DNA of 57,819 nucleotides from Trichomonas gallinae (Eukaryota): NCBI GenBank assembly GCA_008369845.1, contig MRSU01004550.1, positions 1 to 57,819 of the forward strand, read 5' to 3'. Shown piece by piece: positions 41,701 to 52,423 of this stretch (position 1 is its first letter; each line of letters starts with the position of its first letter). The notes under the pieces were generated by a model. It saw only the letters and a program-made list of their open reading frames with translations, ran no database searches and was not told where the DNA came from. The position numbers and the translations under genes were made by a program.

Positions 41701-43377
41701 GAAGCTGACGTTGCTGAAGCGAGAAAGAACGGCGAAGAAATTGTTTTGGATGTCGATAAGAACACAGGCAGAACAATTTTGCGCAGGAAGCATCCAAAGA
41801 GGAGAGTTGTCCACAAATTCGTGACAATTGTCAAGAAGAGGATGAGCCCGCAGACAGGAAAAGAGGAATTAGTCGAAGAGAAGCAGTTAGTTGCAGCTGA
41901 TGTCGCGATTGAAACTCCACCTGAAGTTGCATCCGCACAAGTCGATCAAATCGCAGAAGAAGCGATCGAAGTTGCAGCCAAGAAGCAAGAGGCTCTCGAA
42001 GACAAGCTCGCAATGGAAAGAGGAGAAACAGACGAACAGAGAATAGCAAGAAAGAGAAGAGCAAAGAGAGTCGTCCACAGATTCGTCACAACAGTCAAGA
42101 AGCGGACAAATCCAGTCACAGGCAAAGAAGAATTGGTCGAAGAGAAGCACTTAGTGACTGCTGAAGTTCCAAGAGAAGCCAGCCAAGAGGCAGCTGATGC
42201 TGTTATCGAATTCATGGCCGCCGCTGAAGCACAGAAGCAAGCCATGGAAGAAGAAAAGCGCTCGCCAAGGAAGAAAGGCAGAAGAGTCGTCCACAAGTTT
42301 GTCACTGTCGTCAAGAGAAGAGTCAACCCACAGACAGGCAAAGAAGAACTTGTCGAAGAGAAGGCTCTCGTTGCCGCTGAGATTCCTCAAGACGCTCCAG
42401 CATCTGCTGAAGATGCAGCAATCGAAAGTGTCGCCGCAGAAGCAGTGCAGAATGAGTTGAACAAGAACTCACAAGAAGCAGATAAAGTCACTCAACTCAC
42501 AAACGGAAAAGTTGCTGCTCCTAAGAAGAAAATTATCCACAAGTTTGTCACAGTGAAGCGCAAGAAGTTCAACCCACAGACAGGCAAAGAAGAAATGGTC
42601 GACGAGAAGCAGATGGTAGCCGTTGAAGTCCCAATCAAGCTCAATGACCAGGAATCATCAAAGATTTTGACTGAAGTCGAGAAAGCTAAGGACAGAATGT
42701 TCAAGCCTCCTGTCAGGAAGATGATACCAGTCGAAAGATGGACAGTCGACCCAGAGACAGGCGCAGACAAGAAGTACATGGACACAGTGGAAATCGTGTT
42801 CATGGCAGATGATCCTGACGGCGAAAGACGCGCAACTCAGCAAGTCTTAGACGAAGTCAAGAGAGACTACATGAGCAAGAGGGCTATGTTCAACAAGCAG
42901 AAGCAGGACGAGTCAGAGAAGATGCGCGAGCAGGTTGCGGCGATGCAGAAGGCAGCCATGGACGAGAAGAGGAGGCTCGAAGAAGAGCAGGCGAGAATCA
43001 AGAAGATCGAAGAAGAAAAGAGAAAACTCGCTGAGGAAGAGGAAGAAGAAGAGGAGGAAGAAATCATCGAGGAAGAGGAAATCATTGAAGTCGAATACTC
43101 AGATGAGGAGCCTCCGAAGCCAAAGAAGCAGCCTAAAGTCATCGTCGAGTACTACAGTGAAGATGAAGAGGAAGAAGTCGAAGTCCAAAATATCACAGTC
43201 GAAGTTGACGACAATGGCAATGTTCTCAACACCAGTGCACGTGTCGGAGACCAGGCAATCAACGCAGGAGCAATGTATAAGCAAGGAGCAAACATTAACG
43301 ACATCATCAAACAAATGGGTGACAATGTCACGCAGAAAGAAGTCTACGTTGACGAAAAAGGAAATCCAATTAAATAA
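38785..43377 (+). CDS. 1530-aa Lys/Glu/Val-rich repeat protein with NPxTGKEE beta-hairpin repeats
   Basis: Long uninterrupted ORF with host-like codon use; about 13-15 copies of HKFVxVVKRxVNPxTGKEELVEEKxLVAxEVP; basic N-terminus and poly-Glu near the C-terminus. Confidence 0.9.
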   Translation: MPKTPRASAAAASSSARRDESKAHNKPRRKTDEPVVEDFSPKKSTSSRRKSTDTTPSKSKKTRRNTDEVVSVEETTEVTKNGKTTRTHKKKSAKGDVVEEDVEVLDEKSKRKKHTKSTDAEKSPANDSVVAKTVKKTVTIKRRRKKGEEGPGEIVETKVSETPGKKKRPAKKIVKKVVIKKKRRQTSEEEPDPEPIVKVVRKKGKKKGKKVVQKVLIKKRGTAEGEVKKKGKKGKKKTVIITTIRKNPKTGKKEKVQIEVPIDSPEAIKAGYGPAKGKGKKVLRKGKKGAAAAGTGKKRVVRRKGGKLVKRVIKIIKRKVNPKTKKEELVEETKEIRVRIRSSDPPSVQQQCIEAAGLRAMEKAAALAAKKTKGKGKGKGKKIIRKFVTIVRRVVNPQTGKEELVEEKKLIETEAPPQSTPEAEEALFDKITVQATEKAVQADEAALAKKGKGRGKRRIVHKFIKVIRRTVNPETAAEEVKEEKQLVAVSVPEDAPVDQDLNAIQEVAKEAIVKAQTADNVANGLDKQVAHEFVNSVTKAVNPETGEEELVEEMKLVAVNVDRSASPETIQNAISDIANEAATIADAGRKKKKSKRIVRKIIKIIKKRVNPQTGKEELNEESKMVNVEVDEKMNEVQVAESIEKVAMEAQNKANEEHEEMMAQKEAQEQGIEIEEARKRRRAKRKVIVHKFIKVIRKVRNPKTGKEELVTEKKLVSAEVPPDAPPSAINQEIQQMAKEAIVKAAAESGDQRKTVIPNFVTVVKMAKDPATGRHVLVEDVQLVAAEVPKDASPEEQQNAIDSLVKESSEKETNIQPNQKLSQQFITVLQREVNPQTGLEEVFEKRQLVQVAVPKDISPELESRVVDNMAGEVIQRASESIAKANIDTNGEETVAVVDPTTGQVIKQKRKAAPKKVIHKIIKTIKKVKNPVTGLEEIKEEKQLVAVAVNADADIGAEQAQIEAVAAEMVEKKQEEADVAEARKNGEEIVLDVDKNTGRTILRRKHPKRRVVHKFVTIVKKRMSPQTGKEELVEEKQLVAADVAIETPPEVASAQVDQIAEEAIEVAAKKQEALEDKLAMERGETDEQRIARKRRAKRVVHRFVTTVKKRTNPVTGKEELVEEKHLVTAEVPREASQEAADAVIEFMAAAEAQKQAMEEEKRSPRKKGRRVVHKFVTVVKRRVNPQTGKEELVEEKALVAAEIPQDAPASAEDAAIESVAAEAVQNELNKNSQEADKVTQLTNGKVAAPKKKIIHKFVTVKRKKFNPQTGKEEMVDEKQMVAVEVPIKLNDQESSKILTEVEKAKDRMFKPPVRKMIPVERWTVDPETGADKKYMDTVEIVFMADDPDGERRATQQVLDEVKRDYMSKRAMFNKQKQDESEKMREQVAAMQKAAMDEKRRLEEEQARIKKIEEEKRKLAEEEEEEEEEEIIEEEEIIEVEYSDEEPPKPKKQPKVIVEYYSEDEEEEVEVQNITVEVDDNGNVLNTSARVGDQAINAGAMYKQGANINDIIKQMGDNVTQKEVYVDEKGNPIK

Positions 43378-44700
43378 TTTCCATGTATTGATTAAGCGTA
43401 ATATTAAATATTTCATGTTTACTAAAAAAATATAATATTTTTCTCAAACATAGAGTTAAAATAAATTTTAATGTGATAGTTAACATCAATAGAACTTAGA
43501 TAAATTGTATCATGTATAATTTAAAGTCTGTACCAGTGATCGAAAATTTGAGATAAAATGATGTGCGATTTTAAACACTTTTATTTCATGATTTATAACA
43601 TTCTTGTAGTGTAATAATGGATTTAGATGTTAAAATTGATACATTCCACTATAATTTTTATTGTTAGAAATGTAATTGATCGTAAAATGAATTTATGAAG
43701 AATGATCGCGCAATAAAATGATTTTGCTGCTTGTGTCAATCTTGAGTATTGAACTGTAGATCATAAAAAAAAATCAAAATGATTCCGAGAATTTGATTTC
43801 TGAAATGAGACGAATGTCTAAGCTTCATTTGATGCATATTTGATGGTTTTGTGGTGTTTATGGTTGTACTAATGAGCTCAACTGCACTCCAGATATTAAA
43901 TTTTTCACATTGCCCCAAAAATCTATAGAATTCGTCTTTTATTTATAGTACAAACTCTTTATAATAAGTTATTCTGGTGATATATACCATCTATATTGGG
44001 TTAGCTAAAAGAATTTAATCTCGCATCTTCTATTGAATAGTTACGCCGTTTTTTATCGGTTAACATGCTAAATCGCTGCAACGAAGTATATAACAAGTGA
44101 GAGAACGGTTTTTTTACGAAGACGATTTTTGACAAATATAATTTCATTTCTCCAATGGAGATCGCAAAGACATAGCTTGTTTTCTTTGTTTCGATCAATG
44201 TTGTCAGATAAATGTTAAAAAAAAAAAAACTTGAGAAAAAAATATAATTTTTGAATATAAGTCTTAACGTAAGGCAAATTATTTTAACGGTTTCGTACAT
44301 CAAACAAGGGATGCTACATATGAGAATGCTCGAAATTTTTTCAGAATTGAATGCGCCTAAGAAATGTTACCTCTCAAAACTGCATACTTGTGATATTTTT
44401 AGTAATTATTACTTGATGATATATGAATGCTCTGCCCGATAACTATTCAAAAAAATAGGTCTTCAGAAAAGTGTTACATTGATAATTTATAAAATTATTG
44501 TGATTTTTGGATTACATGATGTATGGAGGGTACGAAATCGCAATAAAAAATAAGTGTCACAAATTTGAATTCATTTTAAAAATTAATCATTCAAAATATT
44601 TATGTTTAAGAAAGAACATTATAAACAAAAAACAACGCAAATTGAAAAAAAATATTAATTTTTGTTGGTTTTGGGGTAAAGCAAATGTTTTCTGCGGAAC

Positions 44701-45267
44701 TTAAGGCATTGTGTTGGTACCAACAAAAGACATGATGAACTGATCATCATTTATGATTTGTTCGTAATCCATCAAATTAAATAGAGCATCAAAAACGTTT
44801 GGCTGAGCCTGGACCTCTTGGACCGGCTTCTCATTGTCAGTAGCCTTCTTCTCAGCTGGTTTCTTCTTTTTATCGCTTTTCTTTTTGGAGTATTTACCTT
44901 TCTTTTTGTTAGCCTTTCGTATTAGAGTCTGCCAACGGTTGCGAATCATGTTCCCAGTCCTTCCTCTGAAGAGTTTCGCGATAGCGTTCCACTTATTGCC
45001 ATGAATTGAGAATTGTTGTAAAATTAATTCGTCTTCTTCTAGCGTGAAATCCTTGTGGTTAATTCGTGGGCAGAGGTAGTTCTGATACCTTTCTCTGCAT
45101 TGCCTTGGCGACCTCGTTTGCATGATGTTTGAAATTTCCCTCCAGTTCGGGTTTCTTCCAGCTTCCTGCACCAACTTCATTAGCTTCTGGTCTTCCTTCT
45201 GAGTGAACTTCATGCGGGAGCCTGTTTCATCGCAAGGGGCATGTCCATTTGGTAGTAATCGATCCAT
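44701..45267 (-). CDS. R2R3 Myb DNA-binding protein
   Basis: KFTQKEDQKL..WREIS..RSPRQCRERYQNYL and FTLEEDELIL..GNKWNAIA..GRTGNMIRNRW. First ATG at 45267. Confidence 0.93.
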   Translation of the reverse strand: MDRLLPNGHAPCDETGSRMKFTQKEDQKLMKLVQEAGRNPNWREISNIMQTRSPRQCRERYQNYLCPRINHKDFTLEEDELILQQFSIHGNKWNAIAKLFRGRTGNMIRNRWQTLIRKANKKKGKYSKKKSDKKKKPAEKKATDNEKPVQEVQAQPNVFDALFNLMDYEQIINDDQFIMSFVGTNTMP

Positions 45268-48055
45268 AATGAGGTGAAAACCACTTTTTTCCAATATAAA
45301 TTCTTGACGAAATATTCACTATCTACCACGAATATCAACAAATGTTATTTTCATGCAAAAAGAATTGAATTGACCTATGTGAGAATTGAGAAAAGAAATT
45401 TGATATGTACACAAAAATTCAGACAAATTCAACTAATATTGAGTACTCGTTTATCAAATTATTTGTTCAGATGTTTCCCAGAGTATACATGCGATTTTGA
45501 GCATTGTTGCAAAAAAGTAGATGTTTTTGAAACATTTTTTAAATTTTTGAAATTATGCTCGACAGAAATAAATATGCATAAGTCTTCCACGAAAAAACTT
45601 TCAAGATTCTGAGTAACCAACTTTTAGCATTCAATTTTAGCTTAGAAAATTGTGAATTGAAACTATTTAATTTTATCACCAATTCAAATCCTCTAAAATT
45701 TGCCGAATTGAGAAATCTCTGGCATTCATAATGACTTATTAGTCGTTTTCCTCATTATTGATTCTATTTATTTTATAATTTATTGAAGAGAAAAGTATGG
45801 TGATTATTTTTGGATACAATACTAAGAAAGATGTAATAGCGTGGTGATGTGTAATCATACGGAAGAAATAATCCTCCAGCTTCTTAAATTCAAACTTGAT
45901 TGACTTGAAAAAATGTGTCAAACGGCCTTTTTATTTAATACAACATATTGCGTATATGGTATATATCATCTTTTTATGGAGAAAAATAAGCTGTCTGCTC
46001 AAAATTTTTGAAATTCTGTTGATCGAAATCAAAAAAAATCAATGCAAAGGCGTAATTTTGACATCCACAAAATATGTTATATATCAATAATGCCATTATT
46101 TTCAAGAGAAAATTATTGAGGCAATTGAAAAATGTTTTTTCTCTCAAGAATCTGCTATAGAATCTTTAATATGATCTTAAATATCATAATTCTAAGCGTG
46201 TTCGCATATAAACAGTACACTAAACAATATTCTCATGTTTAAACTGCCATAATACGAGAAAACTTTAGCGAATCAAATCCAAAAAAGATGAAGATGTATG
46301 ACAAATCCATATTATTTTCATTGGATACTCTTTAATATGATTTTTTAATGGGAATTACTTGATTTATTATTCAGCATCTCATTCCTGAATAAAACAAAAA
46401 ATTGAGCAATGAATCAAAAATGCATGATATTTCAACTTTTCCATGCAAAATAGAATACAGTACTATATAAAAAGCCAATGCTACCAGAGACAAGTGATTA
46501 TAACTCGAAGAATTCGTGCCATCTTCAACGTATTATGTATTTCGAGCTTTTTGGATAATATTTCTATTTTTCTTGGTTTAACAAGCAATATTCTAAAGTA
46601 TGAAGTCTGGCTGCAACATTTAAATTTTCAACTTCTAATTATGAATATTTCTTTGTTTTGACGAGCATATATGTTTTTCTTAAGTCTATATACGCAGTTT
46701 CGCATAATAATTTCTCATAAAACCAAGTACTCGTCTATCAACAACTTTATTTGAATATGAAACTAACTTAGAAAGCATAATTGATAAATATATCCTTGCT
46801 TTGCACAATAGAAAAGATTTATATCTCAATTATTTGCCCAATAAATTGCTTATTAAATTTGATCCAATTTAAAATCTTGCATTGATTAACTATGGAATAA
46901 ATTATTTACTCATAAAAGATGTAATTTATTTGAAGGTACCACAACTTTCAATCAAATCGTTTGATAAAACAATGATATATCTTATTTTGTTCTATTTGGC
47001 ATTTTATGCATACACACAACTCATATATCGTCAAATTAAAGAATTTCCATGTTCATTGCTTGTTTTTCTACTTCATTTTATGCCAGAAATCTTTTTCATA
47101 TTTATAAAACATGATATTTCACTTGTTTGATAGTCAAAAATAAATCAAACTCATATATGTTGTGTGATTCCAAATGTAATTTTATGAATTTATTGTAACA
47201 TAATATTTTTCTCCAATGTAAATAAAGGATTTGGTTCATGAGAAAATGAAAAACATAATTATCACATTTATATGATGTGGTTTCAAATAGAAAATCTCTG
47301 TAAATCTGCAAAATAAAAAAAATTATTAAAATGTGATTTTGGGAATGAATAATATATGACACCACAATAATTTTCGTTCATATTTATGAATATTATCATC
47401 TAATTTGATACTTCTTGCATTCAATATTGCCCAATTTTCAGCAATTCAGTAAACAAGGAAAATTCATATATGTATTGATATAGAGTTATATATGGAGCTA
47501 TATTGTAAATATTTTATGCTTTTGGATAAATTAAAATTAATTGCGAATTAATAGATTAAGAACCTGAATAATATTGATATAAAGATGCGTATTTGACAAG
47601 ATAATAATCTACAAGTTTACTAGCAAGCAAAACGCTTTGAAACAAAATATCAATATGTGATGAACGAGAAAGACTCATATCATCGCTTCAATATGCCTGA
47701 AAATGGATAATATGGGTGCTTTTTACTCATCTCTATAAATATCAGAAAAATTGACTTTTTGAATCGCTTTTTTGACAATATGGCATGCCTGAATTTTCAC
47801 AAGATTTTATACGAAGCTTCCTTATTTGGTGCTCGCGCACTTCTAGTGCTTAAAATTATTATTTCTCCTGTAAATCACGCACATAGTATTTGTTGCCGAA
47901 GTCAGCAAATTGATTCTTAATCTAACAGTGTTACGTCAATAATCAGTAACACAGCCGACAAACAATGTATATTTCATCGTTATTCTCACTGAAATGTTAT
48001 TAGTAACACTCAAAATCGAAAGAAAGTGTTTTATCAATCAAATACTGACCCATTT

Positions 48056-48972
48056 TTGTTTCTCTCTCTCCACAAAGACGTTAGTGTTTGGAATCGTTAT
48101 GTTGGCGAAGATGTTGAATATAAACTTTACAGCAAAAACCAGAAATCGAAAATCAGCAAACCAGGGAATACCTACGTCTATCTTGCTTCATTCATTGATC
48201 TTCGCCCAGAAGGATCTATTAGAGTTGAAAATAACGCCACAAATTACGTTTTGACTTCCTATTGTTCCTTTTCTAATTCAAGCGCTACCAAACATTGTGG
48301 ATCCATCTACGTAAAAATGGCTCCTGCATCCAATACCGCGTCTGCAGCATAAACTCTACGACTATTGAAAATGGTACAGTTGGTTGTCACTCATATGTAG
48401 AAACAACAGAAAAATGTTATGTTATTGAAAGTTCCCTTTCGGACAGTAAAGGCGATAATGCTACTATTCACCTTGCTTATGGAAGACAGATCATTGATTC
48501 TACAAATATTTCTTATGCTAAATGTGTTTGGAATGCTGCTTATAGTTGTTGGAATCCAGCATTTCATCGAATAAATTTCACATCAATATTTAATAACACA
48601 GCTGACGGTCAATCAGTCATGTATCAGGGATTAGATAATAATCAATCTGTTTCTCAATGCAAGTTTATTCAAAACACTTTATTCAGGAAAAGTTATCATG
48701 ATGGAATTGTCATGAGTGATTGTGATTTTCTAGAAATCAGATATTGTGTTTTTTCATCAAATTTTAGCCATACTTTGTTTTTTAATTTTAATCATGGAGA
48801 TATTATTGTCGATCACTGTTATCTTAATATTGATAATATTTTAGGTGGATCCGCTGCAAGGCTTCAGACAACCATTAAATTTGATTTCAGTCTTCCATAT
48901 ATTACTACGGAATTATGTGAAGCTTCAGCAGCGAATCTATATACAAATCCAAAAAATAACTATATTATATGA
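48056..48972 (+). pseudogene. Frameshifted Cys/Asn-rich beta-helix-like (Pmp/pectin-lyase-like) protein
   Basis: ORFs 48026-48352 and 48295-48972 join as ..HCGSIYVK-NGSCIQYRVCS.. if one A is added to the A5 run at 48313-48317. No ATG start; the leader reads (TTG)FLSLH. Confidence 0.7.
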
Positions 48973-49474
48973 TCTAAGAATTCACGTATGAGAAATCAAA
49001 CCGAATTTGTCAAAAAATATGATTAATACAATTTTGCATCAACAAGACAAATGCAGCATTGAAAACGTAACTTTGATAGTTATGTACATATAATTTGATG
49101 ATTTAATGAAATGATATATAATCATATAACAAAATTCCTTAAACGTGCTTTTCTGTATTTAAGTAATAGATATATACTCCATTGAATGGATGTTCAAATC
49201 GTTTCTTTGTATTATTTCAAATAATTCTAACAATTTTGATTGTGATTTAATAATCCCTTCGAATTTTACCTAGGATATATTTGGAAAAGTGAAATATTAA
49301 ATGAATTTTCTCTAATTCTACAGAAAAACATACAAAAAATGATTAATATGAATTTGATAAATTAAAATTCATGATATGGAAAAAAAAAACAGAAATAGAA
49401 AGAATTATAGTGCAAAAAAATAACAATTTATGAAAATTCATAAACATAACCTTCACAGATATTTATGGACTTTT

Positions 49475-52423
49475 TTAGCAGGTTTCCTCGAAATCATCGC
49501 AGACGTGTTCCCAGAAGTAGCTGAGCTTCCTGCCAAAACCGCCGAGAGATATGTGACTAAAGAAGGTGAAAATAGGAGAGAAGATGTAGTAAATAAATCT
49601 GAATGGTGCGAGAATGATTCCCTTAATATTGAATTTGGCGCTGAACAATCTAGCAAAGAGGCTCTTGATCCAACGGAAGAATCTGCAGATGAGGTCAAAT
49701 AACTTGATGAATGGAACAGCGATGAGCTTGAGAACATTCCAAATGCCGCGGAGAACACATGAAACGATGTGGCAAATGCAATGAGCAATCTTACGGAGGC
49801 AGAGCTTGATGAGCCTGAATGGATATAAGATGAAATTGATCAACTTGCAGCCGAATCCCTTGAAATTAGGTCTCTTAACATGTGGAGCCTTGATCTTTGG
49901 AAGCCTGAAACTGAAGATCTTGCCGAAGAATGACTTGATTGAGAGTCCAATGCACCTGAAGAATCCATAAATCTTACCGAAGAACCATCTGATGCCGGAG
50001 CCGATCTTTGCGAAGAATGTTCTGATAGCCAATCCAATATTGCCGAAGAACCAGCAGATCTTGTTGAAGAACCACTTGATGCCGGAGCCGATCTTTCCGA
50101 AGAATGTTTTGATGGCTAATCCGAAGTTTCCGAAGCACCATTGTAATCCGAGGCCAATCTTCACGAAGAATGCGCGAACCTTGTTGAAGCAGAATTTGAA
50201 GAAGCTGCCGATGTTTCCAAAGAACCAGCATATCTTTTCAAAGCAGCATCTGAAAAATCCGCCAATCTTACGGAAGCACAACCTTATGAAACTGCCGATA
50301 GTGGAGAAGAATTTCCAGATCAAGTGTCCGATTCTCGGGAAGAGCTTAAAGAAGCCTCCGAAACCGTTCTTGATGATACCGACAAAGAACTTAAGGATGT
50401 TGATGAAGCCTCTGTAGATGCTGATAAAGAAATGGCAAATTATGTTCTTGATGCGGATAACTAAGTCCTTGATAGCATGGAAAACCCATGTGAAGAACTT
50501 GGCGATGCCGGAGCAAGTACAATGGATGCATCTCTTAATCAATCTGAATGGTGCCAAAAAAATATCGAGGAAGCCATGGATTCTGAACGAAAAGATCTTC
50601 TTGAAGAAGTTCTTGATGCCAGTGAACATGCGAACGAAGAAGTTCTTGATTCCAAGGAAGAATTTGACGATCAAATTCCAAATTGCGGCGAAGAACCTGA
50701 CAATGTATGACCAGATGCGAGCAAAGAAGTTCTTGATGCCAAGGAAGATCTTGCTGATGGATCCCTTGAAGCCGCCGAATTTGACCTTCTTAACTCCACC
50801 GAAAGCGCCGCGAATTCCGTGCAAAATGAAGCGGAATGGAGCAAGAACGATCTTCCTGATGATGTTGAAGAATTTCTGAACGTAATGGAGGATTAACTTG
50901 ATAAATCTCCAAATGAAGCCGAAAACGAACTTAATGCCGTTGAATGCGGCCTTTGGGAACTTGCCAACATATGAGAAGAAGTTCCTGAAGAAATCAAAGA
51001 GTCCTGCGAAGAAATTCTTGAATAATCTTCCGAGTGTTGTAAAGAATCTGCAGATGAGGTTGCAAACGAACTTGATGCCTTTCCAGATTCCGCTGAAGAT
51101 GAAGCAAAAGCATTTCTTGATGAATCTGAATGGAGCTAAGATGAAGTTGACGGATTTGGTGCCGAATCCCTTTAAGTTTGGTTTATGTAATCTACCAGTG
51201 AACAATTTAAGTGTGCCTTTGAAGAAATTAGAGATATAACCGAAGAACTTGCGGATTCCTGTCCAAATGCCATGGAAGAAGCTGTAAATAAGATGCCAGA
51301 TGAACTTGAAGAATCTGCAGATTGAATTCCAGACTAATTTGCAGATATTGCAAATTCCACGCCAAAGACGCTTGAAGAAGTTGCAAATGTGTGTACCGAT
51401 ATTGGCGAAGAATTTCTTGATGTTTGAGCCAAGATTCTTGAAGAAATCAGCAAATTTTAATTTTCCAAGTCCATTGAAGACAAACTTGAAGCCTCTGATG
51501 ATCAACTTGAACGGGGCAAGGATGATGCGCCTGATGATGTTGAAGAACTTCTGAAGAAGCCTGAGGACAAATTTAATTGTAAATTTGATTCCATCGTAAA
51601 TAGCACGGAAGAACTTGCAAATCGCGTTGCCGAGTTTATGGAGAAGGCCACCTGTGCGATCAAAGCCGACGTGGAAGCCTCCCTTGAGTCCTTTGAAGAA
51701 TTTCGAGATTCCGCCAAAGAGGGACTTGAAGAATTTGACGATTCCGTTGTAGATGGCTAAGCAGATTTTAACAATGAGATTCTTGAGTCCAACAAGGCCC
51801 TTCCAGAGAAGTTTGAATGGAGAAAAGAGCGTGCTTCCAATTTTTCCAAAATCGAACTTGATTATGCCATGGAAGATACCCTTAAAGAAATTACTAATGA
51901 ACTTGCAGGTGCCTACAACGATGTTTTTGAAACCGTTAAAGATCCTCTTTAAGAGGTTGTAAATTGTGTTGAAGATAGCTGACACTAGCGACTTGATGGT
52001 GTTGTAGATATACTTCAAAGCGTTCCAGATGAACTTTGTAATATATTGTAAACATTTCCAGACGCCTTTAAGCAGCCATACTAACAAGTCTAGAGGAGCT
52101 TTAAGTATCTTAATTAAACCTTGTAGGCTAAACCGTACTATCAAATTGTGTAAAGCCGAAAATAATCCATCTAAGAAAGATTGGACGCTTTTAGCGCAGC
52201 CATTGAAGAAATCTGTAACTGGTGAAAATAAATCAAATGATATGTTGTGATTTGGGGTGAAATAAGCGATGCTAACTCCAGCAATAATAATTGACAGGAT
52301 TAGGACTAAAGCTTCGAAAAGCTTCAAGTCGAAACGCTTTGTAGCAAACAAACGTCGCCTAACATTCGAGTATGAATTGGCAACATCGTCGAACATGCCT
52401 CGAACATTAGCAAGCTGAAGCAT
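49475..52423 (-). CDS. 982-aa cationic amphipathic-helix repeat protein with an N-terminal transmembrane segment
   Basis: Uninterrupted ORF with host-preferred codons (TTC, ATC, AAG, GGC); TM-like ALVLILSIIIAGVSIAYF; recurring xLAPFRxI motifs; very few Asp/Glu. Confidence 0.85.
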   Translation of the reverse strand: MLQLANVRGMFDDVANSYSNVRRRLFATKRFDLKLFEALVLILSIIIAGVSIAYFTPNHNISFDLFSPVTDFFNGCAKSVQSFLDGLFSALHNLIVRFSLQGLIKILKAPLDLLVWLLKGVWKCLQYITKFIWNALKYIYNTIKSLVSAIFNTIYNLLKRIFNGFKNIVVGTCKFISNFFKGIFHGIIKFDFGKIGSTLFSPFKLLWKGLVGLKNLIVKICLAIYNGIVKFFKSLFGGISKFFKGLKGGFHVGFDRTGGLLHKLGNAICKFFRAIYDGIKFTIKFVLRLLQKFFNIIRRIILAPFKLIIRGFKFVFNGLGKLKFADFFKNLGSNIKKFFANIGTHICNFFKRLWRGICNICKLVWNSICRFFKFIWHLIYSFFHGIWTGIRKFFGYISNFFKGTLKLFTGRLHKPNLKGFGTKSVNFILAPFRFIKKCFCFIFSGIWKGIKFVCNLICRFFTTLGRLFKNFFAGLFDFFRNFFSYVGKFPKAAFNGIKFVFGFIWRFIKLILHYVQKFFNIIRKIVLAPFRFILHGIRGAFGGVKKVKFGGFKGSISKIFLGIKNFFARIWSYIVRFFAAIWNLIVKFFLGIKNFFVRMFTGIKNFFKKIFSFRIHGFLDIFLAPFRLIKRCIHCTCSGIAKFFTWVFHAIKDLVIRIKNIICHFFISIYRGFINILKFFVGIIKNGFGGFFKLFPRIGHLIWKFFSTIGSFIRLCFRKIGGFFRCCFEKICWFFGNIGSFFKFCFNKVRAFFVKIGLGLQWCFGNFGLAIKTFFGKIGSGIKWFFNKICWFFGNIGLAIRTFFAKIGSGIRWFFGKIYGFFRCIGLSIKSFFGKIFSFRLPKIKAPHVKRPNFKGFGCKLINFILYPFRLIKLCLRKIAHCICHIVSCVLRGIWNVLKLIAVPFIKLFDLICRFFRWIKSLFARLFSAKFNIKGIILAPFRFIYYIFSPIFTFFSHISLGGFGRKLSYFWEHVCDDFEETC

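Noticed and set aside
43500..47990. Many short ORFs in the long AT-rich tracts around the 2R-Myb gene
   Set aside because: No motifs, and composition matches non-coding DNA. They may be old pseudogene debris, but no family could be assigned.
49430..52250. Plus-strand acidic or Lys/Asn-rich ORFs opposite the 982-aa gene, suggesting a TGA-readthrough protein
   Set aside because: They are interrupted by both TAA and TGA, and are the expected antisense shadow of Phe/Ile/Lys codon bias on the open minus strand.
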